Of a stretch of 64,000 nucleotides of DNA, positions 40,473 through 54,795 are shown one piece after another (the stretch's first letter is position 1; the number at the start of each line of letters is the position of its first letter). Under the pieces are notes generated by a model. The model was not told the origin of the DNA and ran no database searches. It saw only the letters and a program-made list of their open reading frames with translations. The DNA is from Octopus bimaculoides. Taxonomy: Eukaryota. Position numbers and translations under genes: made by a program. The stretch covers positions 77,033,239-77,097,238 of the forward strand of contig NC_068986.1 in the NCBI RefSeq assembly GCF_001194135.2, given 5' to 3'.

Positions 40473-41319
40473 CACTAAACCTCCCTACTCCTGAAATTTG
40501 GGGAAGAGGGGGCGAATCAATAACATCGCCTCCAGTGAGCAACTGGTACTTATTTTATCAAACCTGAAAGATAAAGTTGACCTCGGCAGATGTTGAATTC
40601 TACTTTTCTTAATAATGGCAGCAATGATGAAGACTTTGAAGGAACCTCTACATGGTCGCTCGACACATTAGAAAAAAGCAATCAAATATCCTTCATGTCA
40701 CACCAAGATATTAAAAACGTGAAGGATTTTGGATAATGTAATCCTTGATATACTGTATCTGAATATAAGATACAATGATCATAGTTGTGACAAAACAATT
40801 ATGAACAAAACATATGGATAAAAGACAGGAGGTCATAACTGGAACACTTAACCTGTCTGTAGGAACAGTGGTAATTTGGAGCTAAACAGCTACTATGACC
40901 CAAATGTGATAAAATTTCAGATGGTATTTGCTATTTTAACTGCCCTGGCAGTTGATTAAATTACTCCCAATATTTTATAGATCCCAGAAAGATAAAGGTC
41001 AAAGTTGACTTTGGTAGGATTTGAACTCAGAATGTAAGGATCTGGAACAAAATATTGCTCTAATGTTGTCAAACAGCTGAAAAAAAAAAAAAGGAGACAA
41101 TAAGAATGATTCCTTTTTTAATGGCTACAAATGTTGTATGGGGGGAAATTGGCGCCAACAAATTAAATGATATATTCTGATTTCAGGCAAGATGACTTCA
41201 GCACTTCTAAACTACAAATGCAAGCAAGCTTCTCGTAAACAATGTGGTATTACAAATTCCTGAAAACTATAGAACCTTTAAAAATTGTACTGGAGTTAAC
41301 AAAGAGGTGACGACAAGAG

Positions 41320-41600
41320 GAGGTGTGCGAAGTTTGCAGGGCATGATGATAAGTGGTAGATATGGTTCACTGGCCATGTGCTTTGGTTATTGCAGGAGAG
41401 ACATGTTACTATTATGATGCAGTGGATGACAGGAGGAAGAAAAAGACCGAGAGGAAGGCCAAAGAAGACATGGGACGGTAAGTTCCAGGATGACATGATA
41501 CCAATGGGAGTTGGTCTGAGTGGAGAGAGGAGGAAGGTGAGCAAAGGGGATGTCTGCAAAAGGTGTATTGCATGTTGTGCTGACAACACTGGAGGAGCTA
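41320..41600 (+). mobile_element. RTE-clade LINE 3' fragment; a similar fragment on - at ~49640-49900
   Basis: WFTGHVL-like motif followed by GGRKRPRGRPKKTW; the - copy reads [14 protein letters not shown]. Confidence 0.7.
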
Positions 41601-42225
41601 AGAGAACAAAAAGAATGAAGTAAAAAAGAAAAACCTGTTTTTACTTTTACTTTGTTCAAATTTATCACAACCTTCCAAACATGGAATAACAATATACAAT
41701 GGTTAAGCAATAATTCAAATGAAAAACAATGTAAAAGAATTTAAAGGGATTCAGTTGTTTTTATTTTTTAAAGCCAGTTACAGATATGTTGTGAGAACTG
41801 TAAAATGTGATATTTTGAAACAAGGAAAAAACTGACAAAGACACTGCATGGAATAGTTGAATGCCACCTGCATTTTGCAGCTGTATGGCAGACAGGAACA
41901 AGTAGAAAAATCTTTCCTTTTAATTTACTCTGGATTTTAGATAGCAATGGCATGAATTTAACTAAGTATCCTATTAGAAGCAAAATAGTAACACTGAATG
42001 CGATACAAAGGTAGTGTTAACACTATGTATCAAGCAGAAGTTGGTGGTGACGGAGACCAGACAGCTGTGGCAACTAATGAAGCCACTAGTAGTAGTAGTA
42101 GTGGCCAGACTGAAGTCACAGTTGAATGTCATTCATGCAGAACAGCGAGAGACCAGATGGAGAGAATGTGTAGAAACAAGTTTTGAAACATGAATGTTAA
42201 ATACTACCACAAATAGATTTTTTCT

Positions 42226-42301
42226 TTAAGTACCCTTCAAAGAAGACATCCCTGCTCTCATGATTTCATCTACTAATAAAAGATTGCTGGCAATAACAGT
42301 A
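42226..42301 (-). CDS. CCT6: CCT6 terminal coding exon ([25 protein letters not shown])
   Basis: TTTTCAG|T; TAA stop at 42226-42228. Confidence 0.95.
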
Positions 42302-43594
42302 CTGAAAATGAAAAAATATATATAAACATTTAAAACAGTAATAAAATTTGGACACAAAAACAAACACACATCAAACAAAGTATAAATTTATCAAAACATT
42401 TAATTCTGTGGTAAAATTATATCAATAAGCTTAAAATATACTAATCAGTTGAGCATCATTTTATTTTTTAGGTTTCTAATTGGAAAGTATTCAGTATTAC
42501 TATTTCCTAAAATATATATAAAATATGCACGCAAACTAGGTAGTCATATTTCTGACATTTTATATATTCACCAACAATAAATAACTTACCAAGAATGCAG
42601 CAACTGCCTTTTCACTCTGTAATTGTCCAAAATACCATTCTCAATAGGCATAATAGCTTCACCTGCAACACAAAGACAACTAGCTTGAATATAGAAAAAA
42701 AAATTGCAAGTTGACATTTTTTTTTTTTAATATAGCACAGTAGGGAGACCAGTTTAGTTTAATGGGGAAGGAGAATAAAAGAGAGAGAGAGAGGGAGGGA
42801 GGGAAGGAGACAACATTTAAAATATGACATTAACAACACTATTAAGTAACATAAAATGGCAGCAGTAAGAGGGAAAAAAATATAAGCTTTACTTCTCCTG
42901 AAGTTAATTTTACTTGGGACTCAGACAAGTGTACATTTGATACTCTGAGTAAACTAAGTAGAGGGAGTAAGTTAAAATAAAATTTAGTTTAACATCTGCA
43001 ATAGTAATTAGAAGATATCCAGTCTAACTATTCTTAAACACATACTGTATTTAAATCAGTGATAAAGAGTGGTACAGCTTCAAGATCCTTAGGCTGAAAA
43101 AAATAAAGCATTTAGATATACTTAGTCCTCAATAATACTAACACTATTAATAAGGTTTTTAAACCTCTATTTTCCAGCCTCACCATAAACTAGATGAAGA
43201 GTAAACAACATAACAACAGCATAATAACTGTACATAGTTGTCAATTTATTTTTCAAAATGCTTTTGTCAAAATAATGGGTGTCAATATACATCATTGTTT
43301 TAACATTAATTTTTTCCATGCTTGCATGAGTCAGATGGAATACATTGGGGCAGATTATTATTAATGCTAGATGCCATTTCTTTCACCACCCTTCCATTTC
43401 CAGACAAAGTTAATATTTCCTCATCACCAGAGACATTTTCAAAAACTGGAAACAGACTACTTCCAAGTACCATGATGTCAAGACAACAAGGAGTACATAC
43501 ACACATGATGAGTTTCTTTCAGCCTCCATTTACCAAATCCACTCAAGAAGTTGGGAAGCAAACCTCTTAATTACACAGCCATTCCTGTGTCAAT

Positions 43595-43648
<54 letters not shown>

Positions 43649-46600
43649 TATATATAAATAAATATATATATAAGGTGGTGGAATGGTGGCTATATATAAC
43701 TGACAGAAAATGGAAAACTATTGCTAAGAACTAAAGAGGTAAATCCTGGTATATAAGCCAAATGATTAAAGCAAATGAAAGAACAAACAAAGTTTAATTT
43801 GGGAAGATGATATGAGCAACAAAAGTAGTAGTAATAATAATAATAATATACATTCATAATGTTCATGATATATATAAAAAATAGTGGATATTCTTATGAT
43901 GTTCATGGATGAAGTTGAAAGAGAAGTTTTCAGGAACAGGAACTATTTCTGAGTCAGTCAGAATTACTGGAATTAGTAAAAATGTACCAACTGCAATTCT
44001 AACTCTGGTTAAACATAGCAATTGACCAGACAAAATCATTTAAATTATAAGCAGGAGAAGGTTAAGTGCCTATACATCAATCAATAAATTTTGCTACAGT
44101 TTATTTCATAATAGTGTTGCACGAAAATACCTTTTGCTTATACCTGTTAAATAAATAAACAAATAATATTTACAACTATTTCTGGAAAGCACAGATATGG
44201 TTGTGTTGTTAAGAAGTTTGCTTCACAACCATGTGGTTTTGGGTTCAACCACATGGCAAGCCACTTTGGATAAATGTCTTGCCCAAGGCAACCAATACTT
44301 TTGAGTGGATGTGGTAGAAAGGAACTGAAAGAAACCGGTTGTATACATATGTGGTGAGAGTGTGAGTTCAAGCCTTCATGTCTTGGCATCGCAGGCTAAT
44401 TGTCAACAAACATTGTCATCATACTTGCAATTTCATTTATTTGAAATATTCCATGAAAACATGCCTGATCATTGTGCTGCTCCTGTTCTAAGGACTTGGG
44501 GGGAAATGTTGCCTTGTGTGGAAACAGGTGAAGGAAAAGCATTGAACTGAAAAAAAATCTTCCTCAATGAATTTTCTTTGACCCCATACAAAAAAGAAAA
44601 ATGGATGTTGAAATGATGATCAAATTTATAACTGTAAAAGTCTCACCTGATTTGATATCTAAGCCTACAGACTGAGATGGAGATGTGTATTCCTGGAGAA
44701 GTTTTACCATGGTTTCTTGTGCATCCAAACCAGAGTTTTGGGCTAATACCTTGACAATGATTAGAATGGCTTCAGCATATGCCTGTACACCTGTTAGAAA
44801 TGAAAAATAAGGAGGGTAAGTAAATAAAGTATCATATTCAAATGATATCTAAAAAAAAAAAAAAGTGTAGAATACGATATCTACTTCATAAATGCAACAT
44901 AAAAAAACCTGAACTATTGAAAAACAAAATAATTCAATGTCTATGAAATAAATTGAAATATAATTCTGGCAATAAAGAATTAAGAACTTAACCCTTTAGC
45001 ATTCAGATTACTTAGTCAAATGTAATGCTTATCTGTTCACATTGTTAGTATTAACCATGTATTATATTGTAATAGTGATTATGATGAAGTAAATGTTAAT
45101 TCTCAGAATGACATTGTTGAGTAGGCATAAGAGGCCAAATCTGGCTAGTTTAAACATAAAACAGGTAGAATATTTGGATTGGAAATGGCCAATTTGAATG
45201 CTAAAGTGTTAAAGATCAATCAGTTCTGTAACACCCTTTTCCAGTAACATACGATTCCAACTTACCAAGTCTGGCACGACCTTTTACTTCCTCTTTGTAT
45301 TTCATTAATTCACGATATGCTGCAATTTCAAAAGCACCGGCTCCAGGTAGAACACAGCCTTGTAAAATGAAAATATTTAATATGTTAAAACTTATCACAT
45401 GTCAGTCCTGGTGCCATAACAAAATGCATGGAGACAACATAGGACACAGAGGGTTTTGGCCAAGTAATGATAACCTCTCTAACATTGGTACCACAATAAA
45501 ATACAACTGCTAATACACTGTAATGTGGTTGGCAAAAGGAAGGGCATCCAGCCACAGAAAACATGCAAAAAAATTAAATGTAGGAGATCTGGTTCTAAAC
45601 ATTCTAGGAGGGTAGTAACACCAAATAAGAACAGACCATAATGACCAATCCAATACACCAGAAAAGTGGACATAAAATGACAAAAATGAAATCTGTTTGG
45701 AACGCATTAATAGGAGCGGTAGAAGAGGTTGTAATGAATTACAATTATCTGGTGATTAGTAAAACATACCACATATTGCTTGTGTATGAGGAAAACTCAA
45801 AGTAAGAAGATAATTGAAGAGTGGTCACTGAATGGTGGTAATGCAGCTAATCCTCATCATTATTGTTTAATGTTTGCCTTCCATGCTGGCATGGGTTGGA
45901 CAGTTTGACCGGAGCCTGCACCAGACTTCTGTGTCTGTTTTGGCAGGGTTTTTATGGCTGGATGCCCTTCTTAACACCAACGACCCAGTGGAGTGGACGG
46001 AGTGCTTTTTATGTGGCACAAGCACAGGCAAGGTCATTTTTGGCAATGTTTTTACAGCTGGATGCCCTTCCCAATGCCAACCACTCTACAGTGTGAACTG
46101 GATGCTGTTTACAAGGCATCAGTTAATCAAACACACTTTTTAAGTGAAATACATAAATCAATAGAAACAGAGTAAAATTTAACCAAAGCTGCATAATATT
46201 TATATAAATACAATAACAAATGTGAACATGTTTCTTTTTGCATATTTCTACATGCACTATCTGATTCAACTTTCAAACTTTATTAGGATCTTCAGAGACC
46301 ACATTTAACTCATTCTGTCCCCCCCCCCCCAAAAAAAAAAGAAATATGTAACGAATGGCTTTATAAACCCACAAAATACGGTAGCATAAGCAAACTAGAA
46401 ATTCCAATATGCATATTAGTGCATTTATAGATGTGTAATTCCACCGAATATAAAATGAAAAAAACAGAGAAATAAAAATAGACTAAAAACATATGTGATT
46501 ATTCTATTTACAATGGAAACATGTTAGGAACCCCACCACCACCAAACATTTACTTTAAAAAATTGAAAGTCTCATTCAATTAAAGTATCCTATTAATTTG

Positions 46601-49600
46601 ATGCATTCTTCAGATTAAGTAGTATTACTGTGGATAAAGTTCTAGACTAAACATTTGTTATGCACTTAGAGCTGCATTCTTAACATGAAAGGCGTATACC
46701 ATAAACTAGTTTTAAAAAGGTTAGACATTTTAGTTGAGTGTATTAATTGACTCAAACAATCCAAACAAAAATTTCTTTAATTCTTTTAGTGGAAAAAAAA
46801 TAAAATTTTTTTTAATTCTGAGGTTTTTATCTACTTAAAAACTAAAATAATTTCTATCTAACTATGAAAGACGAATAAATGTTTAAATAATTCTTGAAAC
46901 CAATATATACTGAATTTAAGTATTTCAAATTCTAAGACCTGATTAACCCTTTTATTACTATATTTGTGATGATATACACTGCTTTTGTTTCAATAATTAT
47001 GAAAATGATGGGGACTTCAGTAAAATAATTTTATTGTTATTAAGCTGGCGTTTGCAACATAACATGAAATTTTGACAGAGGGTTTTAATTTAGATCACTT
47101 TATAACACAAGGTTTGTACTATAGGACCAAGGGCAGTCCCAGGTAGGTTGGTATCAAAAAGGGTTAAATCGTAGTAGGCATCCATAAAATCAACTCACCA
47201 TCTTCAATAGCATTCTTCACTGCTCGAAGGCCATCTCTAACGGCATCCTTGATTTGAACAATTGTATGTTTGTTAGGTCCCTTAATAAGAATAGTGACGG
47301 ACCGAGGGTTCTTGCACTCCTCAACAAAAGTAAATTTGTCTTCACCCTAATAATGAAAGTGTAGCATAAAATGATTAATAAAAATCTCACCCATTAATTG
47401 AAATCCGACAAAAATACTCTCACAAAATATTAGAAAAAGATATCTATCTATCTATCTATATATTTATATATCTATATATATATATATATTATATTATATG
47501 TATACAGTATGAAAGATAAAAGTGAAATTAAACAGTTTTCATTCACTCAAGACTTACCACTGCTATTGTATGAGAGTAGGCTGAAAATTTCATAGGCTGA
47601 CTATGAAGGAGTGATGCTAGAGCTGTGAAATCTTGCATGCATTAATTTCAACCCTTCTTAATAACTTTGTTTCCTTGAACGATTCCTAAGCCAAGATGAA
47701 TGCTGGCTTCATCACTTTGAGCCAGTGCTAGAGAGACAATCCATGCAGTGGAAACACTCCTCCTCACCTGCTCCAAAGAAAGACTAAGGTTGTTTCATCT
47801 GCAGTGAGGGTGATGGCCTCAGATTTTTGGATGTAAAAGCATTGTTTATTGACTATCTTCAAAACAGACATACCATCAATGGAGAGTACTGTGCCAACTT
47901 GCTGAGATAGTTACTAAAAGCCATCGTGACCAAACACCCTTGTAAACTGATGAAAGGGTCTTGTTTCATCAGGACAATGCTCCAGCACACAGTCCTTGAT
48001 TTCATAAAACGTGTCCTATCATCACTTTTAAATGGTTGACATGAAAAATATTTGCATGCTATGAAAGAATGAAAATTCATGTAAATACTTCAAACTAGTA
48101 CCTTAATTTCAATATATTTAGCCATTGTTGAAGTATTGATCAAAATTTATATAATATATTCTTCTTAAGGCATTATCAGAATGAATAAAGACAATACTAT
48201 AATTTAAACATCCCCATTAAAATATCTTATTACAAATGTTATTGACAAATTCACTAGGATTTGAAGATTTCAGTGCATCAAGACAGTCCGCTTTCAGTTC
48301 TCAGACAAATCTATTTCACTACACTTAAAATGTTAACTGTGTTCAATATAGTGAAGTGTCAAACTACTGACAACACATTAACTCTAGTATGACTCTAGAC
48401 GAGGTCAGACACTGATGCTGATAACAGGTTCTGTTTCATCTCAGTTAATTTCAATAAGGCTGTCAGTTAATTTCAATAACAGTCCATAAGTAAAAATTAC
48501 TAGACACAGCAGGCTTGTGTCCTGAGCTGTTGTAATCTAGTTGTAAATATCAATTGCATAATCTCATGCTGTCAGCTATGAATATACAATATTTTACCAT
48601 TCTTTGGGCATAATATATGTGGTACCTTCTCAAACACTTGTGCAAACTGACCCAGGCATATTTCAAAAATGAGTTATATATATATATATATTTAGTTTAT
48701 ATACAGAGTATGTCAAAAGTGTCAAGAGTTATCACATACCAGCACATGTTCATAAACTATACCAGCAAAACCAAGACAATCAACTGTAAGGTCATCTAAA
48801 CTATTCATAGCAGAGCCACCACAGGCCAGAACTAGCCTGAAAGAAAGAAAATTCCAGTAAATCATTGTTATTTTCAAAATTCATAAACGGTTTTAATTAA
48901 ATAATTATTGTTCTTGTTTCATCAAATCTTAGGGGTAAGCTTTAAAGAATTTCATAAAAATAAATAAAAATGAACTCGATGTTTTATACAAAATGTTACC
49001 TTTCCATATTCCTGCGCTTAGTTCGTCTTACAGCAACAATGCCTTCTTTGGCTAAAAGGTCCAAAGAAAATGGGTCAATGCCCTAAAAAATAAATGTTTA
49101 CAAGAGTAAATTAATGTCTGTGCAAATAAAAATATAACTCTTAAATTTAATTGTGTAACAGCTTTTAACATGAACAATGTAATGAAAACAGAGTATATCA
49201 TCTTGATGATGTAATATCTGAATACTAATTAAAAAGAATGCTTTTCTTTTAATTTTCATACATATATAAAAATGATGATGATGTCCTAACTCATGCAACT
49301 ATGAAAGAACAAATAAAGAAATGAAGATATTAGATTAATATGAATATATGTATCACTGGAGTAATAATTACCCTGCTCACTAAGCATAAGCAGGGTATTG
49401 TAATCACTTGTCTTTGTGTTTGCAAAATTACTGGAAAATGGCTGAACAGATTTTCATCAATCAGAAGTGGTCTTTGGTAGGTTGGTATTACCATCATCAT
49501 TTCGGCATCAGTTGGATAATTTGACTGGAGCTGATAAGGCCAGGGTCCACACCAGGCTCTGTCTGCTCTGGCATGGTTTTTATGGCTGGATGCCCTTCCT

Positions 49601-52600
49601 AACACAAGCTACTCCGCAGATTGTATTGGGTGCTTTTTATGTGGCACCAGCACTGGTATTTATTCTGCTGTGGCAGACAGGTCTTCTTCAGTACAGCAAG
49701 GCACCAAATATCTTGGTTCTTTGCTATCTCCTTTGTAAGGCTCTGTATTTTGAGACTGGCCTTCAATACTTAAGTCCCATGTCTTTCTGGTTCTCCCCCT
49801 TTCACAAGTTCCATCCACTTTATGACTGGCACTTTGGTATGCAACTGTTAACCAGAAAATATATCTCATTTAACGTTCACTTAGTCATGTTCGCAGAGGT
49901 CAAGCAAAAGTTTTTTGAAGCAGATTTTTTACAACTAGATGCCTTTCCTCATCTGTTTCTAAGCAAGGTAATATACCCCTCTGGCCAGATATACTTTTCA
50001 TGGAAGACTGGAAACAAGCATCATCACTTGATGTCAAGACAAGAGTACACCAAAATATATATATATAGGTACAGGTGTGACTGTAGAGTAAGAAACTTGA
50101 TTCCCAACCACATGGTTTGTGGTTCAATCCCACTGTTTGGCACCTTGGGCAAGTATCTTCTACTATAGCCTTGGGCTGATCAAAGCTTTGTGAGTGGACA
50201 GAAATTGATAAGTAAAATTGTAAAAATTACATATAATAAAATGCAAAAATCAGACTAAGTTGAAATTTCATAGATAAATATATTGTTCTAAACACAATCA
50301 TAGAAACTCAGATATGGGTGTGTGTCTTTGTCCCACCACCACCATTGCTTCACAACCAGTGATGGTATGTTTATGATATATACACATCATTAAATGGGCA
50401 AAAACATTTTTAAAATCAAATTAAAATAACACCCATAATGCAAAGAATTTTCCCAATACAGAAAAAGGAGACAACTCCAAAATCCGAAAATATTAAAAGC
50501 ATACAAAGTGAGTATGATCTTTAAGTACAGCAAGAGGGTTAAACATGTTTCAGTCCAATTAGAGCTCCTCAATAAAGTATGAACAAAACTAAAATAATGA
50601 CAGAAAAATTCCCAGAAAAGACTTCTGCATGAAGAACAGTGAAATGCAGGCTAACTCCATCGATATGTTTTAGACAATGACCACTGAAAACGCTCAATCA
50701 AAATTACAAATTAGAATGTTGTGGACCTTAACAACAATTCGTAATAACATAAGGGAGATAACTGAAATCTATATTGATTAATTTTTTTTTTTTTTTTGGC
50801 TCATAACAGTAACTTGTACATAATTACAATAGCGTAGACTACCCAGCTAAAGAAACGGCACTCTATATCCGTTATATGCAGAGTTGTATATTCTGACTAA
50901 AACAATTTACTCCTAGTAACAAAGGTTTTTATTAGAAGGTTGAGTGCAACGCCCGTTTGTGAGAACAACTGACAGAAGGATGGGTTCTTTAAATAATTTC
51001 TCCACCAATTTTTTTCCAGATTCAGTCCTGCTGAGTGGTACCTTGGGCAAGTGTTTTCTTCTATAGCCTTGAGCAGACCAAAGACTTGTAAATGGATTTG
51101 GTGGATAGAAACTGAAAGAAGCCTGTCATATATGTGTATATATCTATGTGAGTGTGTTGTTGTGTTTGTGTGTCCCCCACCACAGCTTGACAAACGGTGT
51201 TGGTGTGTTAACGTTCTGTAACTTAGCAGTTTGGCAAAAGAGACCAATAGAATAAGTACCAGACTTAGAAATTAAAACAAAAAAATCTTGGGGCTGATTT
51301 GTTCAATTAAAAGCCTTCAAGGCAGTGCCCCAGTATGACCACAGTCAAATGACTGAAAGAAGTATAAGATAAAATACACTGCATTTGCACATTTCCAAAC
51401 ACCATTTTTGCTATTGAACAACTGTAATTAACCCTTTTAATATCAAGCTGCCTGAGAGCCCTTGGTTGTTTGATACCAATTTCCTGTTTCAATGCGAACT
51501 GAATTAAAACCTTCCATCAGAATTTCATGTTAATTTATGTGCCAAACACCAGTTTAAAAGCTGTTTTACTGAATTATTCAGTATTTTCAAAATTAAATTG
51601 AAACAAAAGCAGGGTATTCCAAATGAAATATGGTAACAAAATGGTTAAAGAAATACTTCTAATGATTAATTAGCATATCAAACTAAAATTAGAATATTTC
51701 AAGTTTGTTTACTACTTGTTTGTCATTGGACAGCAGCCTTGAAGGGTTTAGTCAACACTGACTGGGGCATATTTATTGATATCTTTTTGCCAAGATGGTT
51801 AGTTACAGAGGGCACAAACAAACCAACATTGGTTGTCAAGCAGTAGAGGCAAAGATGCATGCACAAGCACACACATGCTTCCAGTTTCCAGCTACCAAAT
51901 TAAGTCACAAGCCATGGGTCAACTTTTAACTATAGCAGAAGTTAATTGCCCAAGCTGCCTTGCAGCAGGACAGAACCCCAAATCCCATGGTCGTGAACTT
52001 TTTAACCAATCAGATATATTTGGTTTTTAGCATTTTATGTGTGTTGTAGGTGCATAATCTATCATTAGCCAAGTCTACTAAAGCAGTAGAATTATGTGCC
52101 TTGTTAATAACAGCTGATAGTTTGAAGCTCTGATAATTTAATAAATAGTTTAGCACATTAACCTCATTCACAGGAAATGCATCTCACATTATTAAAACAA
52201 ACTTACCTTTTGGTTCAGAACCACAAAGCCCTTGTTATTGTTGTCACAAACTTTCCTTTTCAGTTCAATGATCTTTTGTACTCTATCATCAATAAATTTT
52301 CGTTCAGCATCTACAAGCTTCTCCCGCTCAGCAGCACTTTTGTAGAAAAATCCAGAGTTTACTTCTCTAAAAGCATTCAAACAAAGAAAAAAAAAAAAGT
52401 TTCACCACTCATCAAAAGGTTACATCAAAAATGCTACATTCAACTTAGTATATGTAAATTTCAAACTGATGTAATAAGTAAATATATTTTAAGGTAATTA
52501 AACAAAAACTGTATATTTACATAAAATACATGACAGGGAGTAGATTTTAATAAACAATATGAAAACAAAAGCTACTTACGTCTTTTCATATTCCAGTGAC

Positions 52601-54744
52601 ACATTGCAAGTTAATATGTAAGCATTTTCTACTTTCTTCTTCATATCAGGATGTCTTGCTCCATGGTCCATGACAATACCTCTAACAAGTCTGGAAGAGA
52701 ACAAGTGGTCAATATTGCAATATTCAATTAAGCATTTCTATTAAAAAACCCATTCGCAGCATTCAGTATGATTAACATATCATCTTGTACAATTAGCATA
52801 TTATTCAAAAAGCAAACATCTAAGATTTATTCATGATGGCTGTAAATATAAATGCTATCATATACAAGAAAGCTGGGAAATTGTACAGAGTATTTGAGTA
52901 AAAACCTAGTGGTTGTTTTGTCTCACATGTAATAAAACAACATGTTACACATGTAATAAAAACCAAAGAAATAAGCCACCTTGTCCATCTGCAGCTAAAC
53001 TAGTTAAATCTATCAATGGAGGGGGGGGATAAAATAACTAAAATGTTAAGATATTTGATAATTGTGTTACTGGCTGTGTTAATATAGCATTCATTTTGTA
53101 ACCACATGACCTCAAGTTCAATTTCGTTGTGTAACCCCTTGGGCTTATTGTAGCCTTAAGCCATGTATGTTTGTCTGATAACTTGCATCCCAGTTTCACA
53201 GGAAGGTGCTGAGCTAAAACAGTGACATTTGGTGACTTTCTTATGAAGTTCTGCACTTTTAAAGACAACATTATCAAAAGTTTGTCAATGATCAGATTAA
53301 TACAAAATAACATACATGATCATATAGCAGAAAAGTTGGCTTCCCAACCACATGATTTCAAGTTCAGTTGCACTTGAGGCACCTTAGGGATATGTCTCTT
53401 ACTATGGCTCCAGGCCAACCAAAACCTCAAGTGGATCGAGTGTGTGGAAACTGAAAGAAGTCCATCAAATGTATATATTTGATTTGTATATGTTAGTGAT
53501 GCAAGTGTATATGTGATAAATGAATGTGTGTTTACATATTCTTCAAACACTTGTCATGTTCTGTTGTGTCGTCTTTTGTCAAAAATTAGTCTACTGGCTT
53601 TGATCCTTCAGAGACGAGCGAAGAGATCCCTTACTTGTAAAGGCAGAGGCTAGAGACAAAAAGGATATCCAGCTGTAAAACAACACCTAGATAACACATT
53701 TATCTAACCCATGCTAGCATAGGAAAAAAACATAAAAACTAGTTAAACTTATTACCAGGCACATATTTCACCACAAGTTTGTTTTTCACACTACTGAAAC
53801 ATTAAAGACTGTCAAAAAAAAAATTAATAAATAAAAAAGTTAACCTTTCACAATTTTGACAGAGATAAAAAAAAATATTTAGATTTTAATTGCTCTAAAC
53901 TTCAAATTTAAAAATTTCTTTTCTTTCAGAAAATAATACAGTATTCAGTGTAGGACATTATAATTTCTATAAAACACTGAATGTTGAATATGTAAGATTC
54001 ATAAAGGGAAGTAAACACGCATAATACTCTACGAATTACCCATTATCAGTAATAGTTTACTATTTTGTTCAGTACTATAACAAGTTATTTTTGGGAAAAA
54101 AATTAGATTCTGAATTTGAAATCTCAATACTGAACTTCAGTTTAACTGAAATAGATTCAAGATGAATAGTCAATCCAATAATAAAATAAATAATCACTCT
54201 TTCTGAGCATGTTTAATGAACCAGTCTTACTCCACCCCATCTAATGTTTGATCTCATAAAATAGATCCATGCTCCACCTTTTCTACATTCACAGCTACAC
54301 TAACTGCATTATGAAAAAAGTTTTTGCACGGTTTTCTTTTCGCAAATCTGTATATATAAAAGGCAGGAAGTGTGTGTGTGTACGTGAATGTAATTTATGC
54401 ACATCCACAAATTAGCATGCATGTTGCTCCAATTTTAGGAGGACATTCGTCATGACTCTAGCTGTATTTACGTCAACTTGTTTTTCCCAGAGGCACCAGT
54501 GAATAGCAGTAAAAATAAATTTTCAACCAAATCTTTTAACGATTTTCAAGTCGGAGAAATCCACCAATGTTTACAACAGGAGTTAATTCCCCTTCTAGCG
54601 ACGAGTATGTTTTTGTTAAGACTTTTGTTGATATACGGGCAACACATACATACGAACATGTATGCGTACAAAAAATATGTATGCAATTGGTGTACGTACG
54701 TGTGTGTGTGTGTTGCCCATATATATATATATACACACACACAC

Positions 54745-54795
<51 letters not shown>

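Noticed and set aside
41998-42186. 62-aa + strand ORF, or a SECIS-like ATGA..AA motif
   Set aside because: The ORF is antisense to the CCT6 3' region with no recognisable homology, and CCT6 has no in-frame TGA that would need a SECIS.
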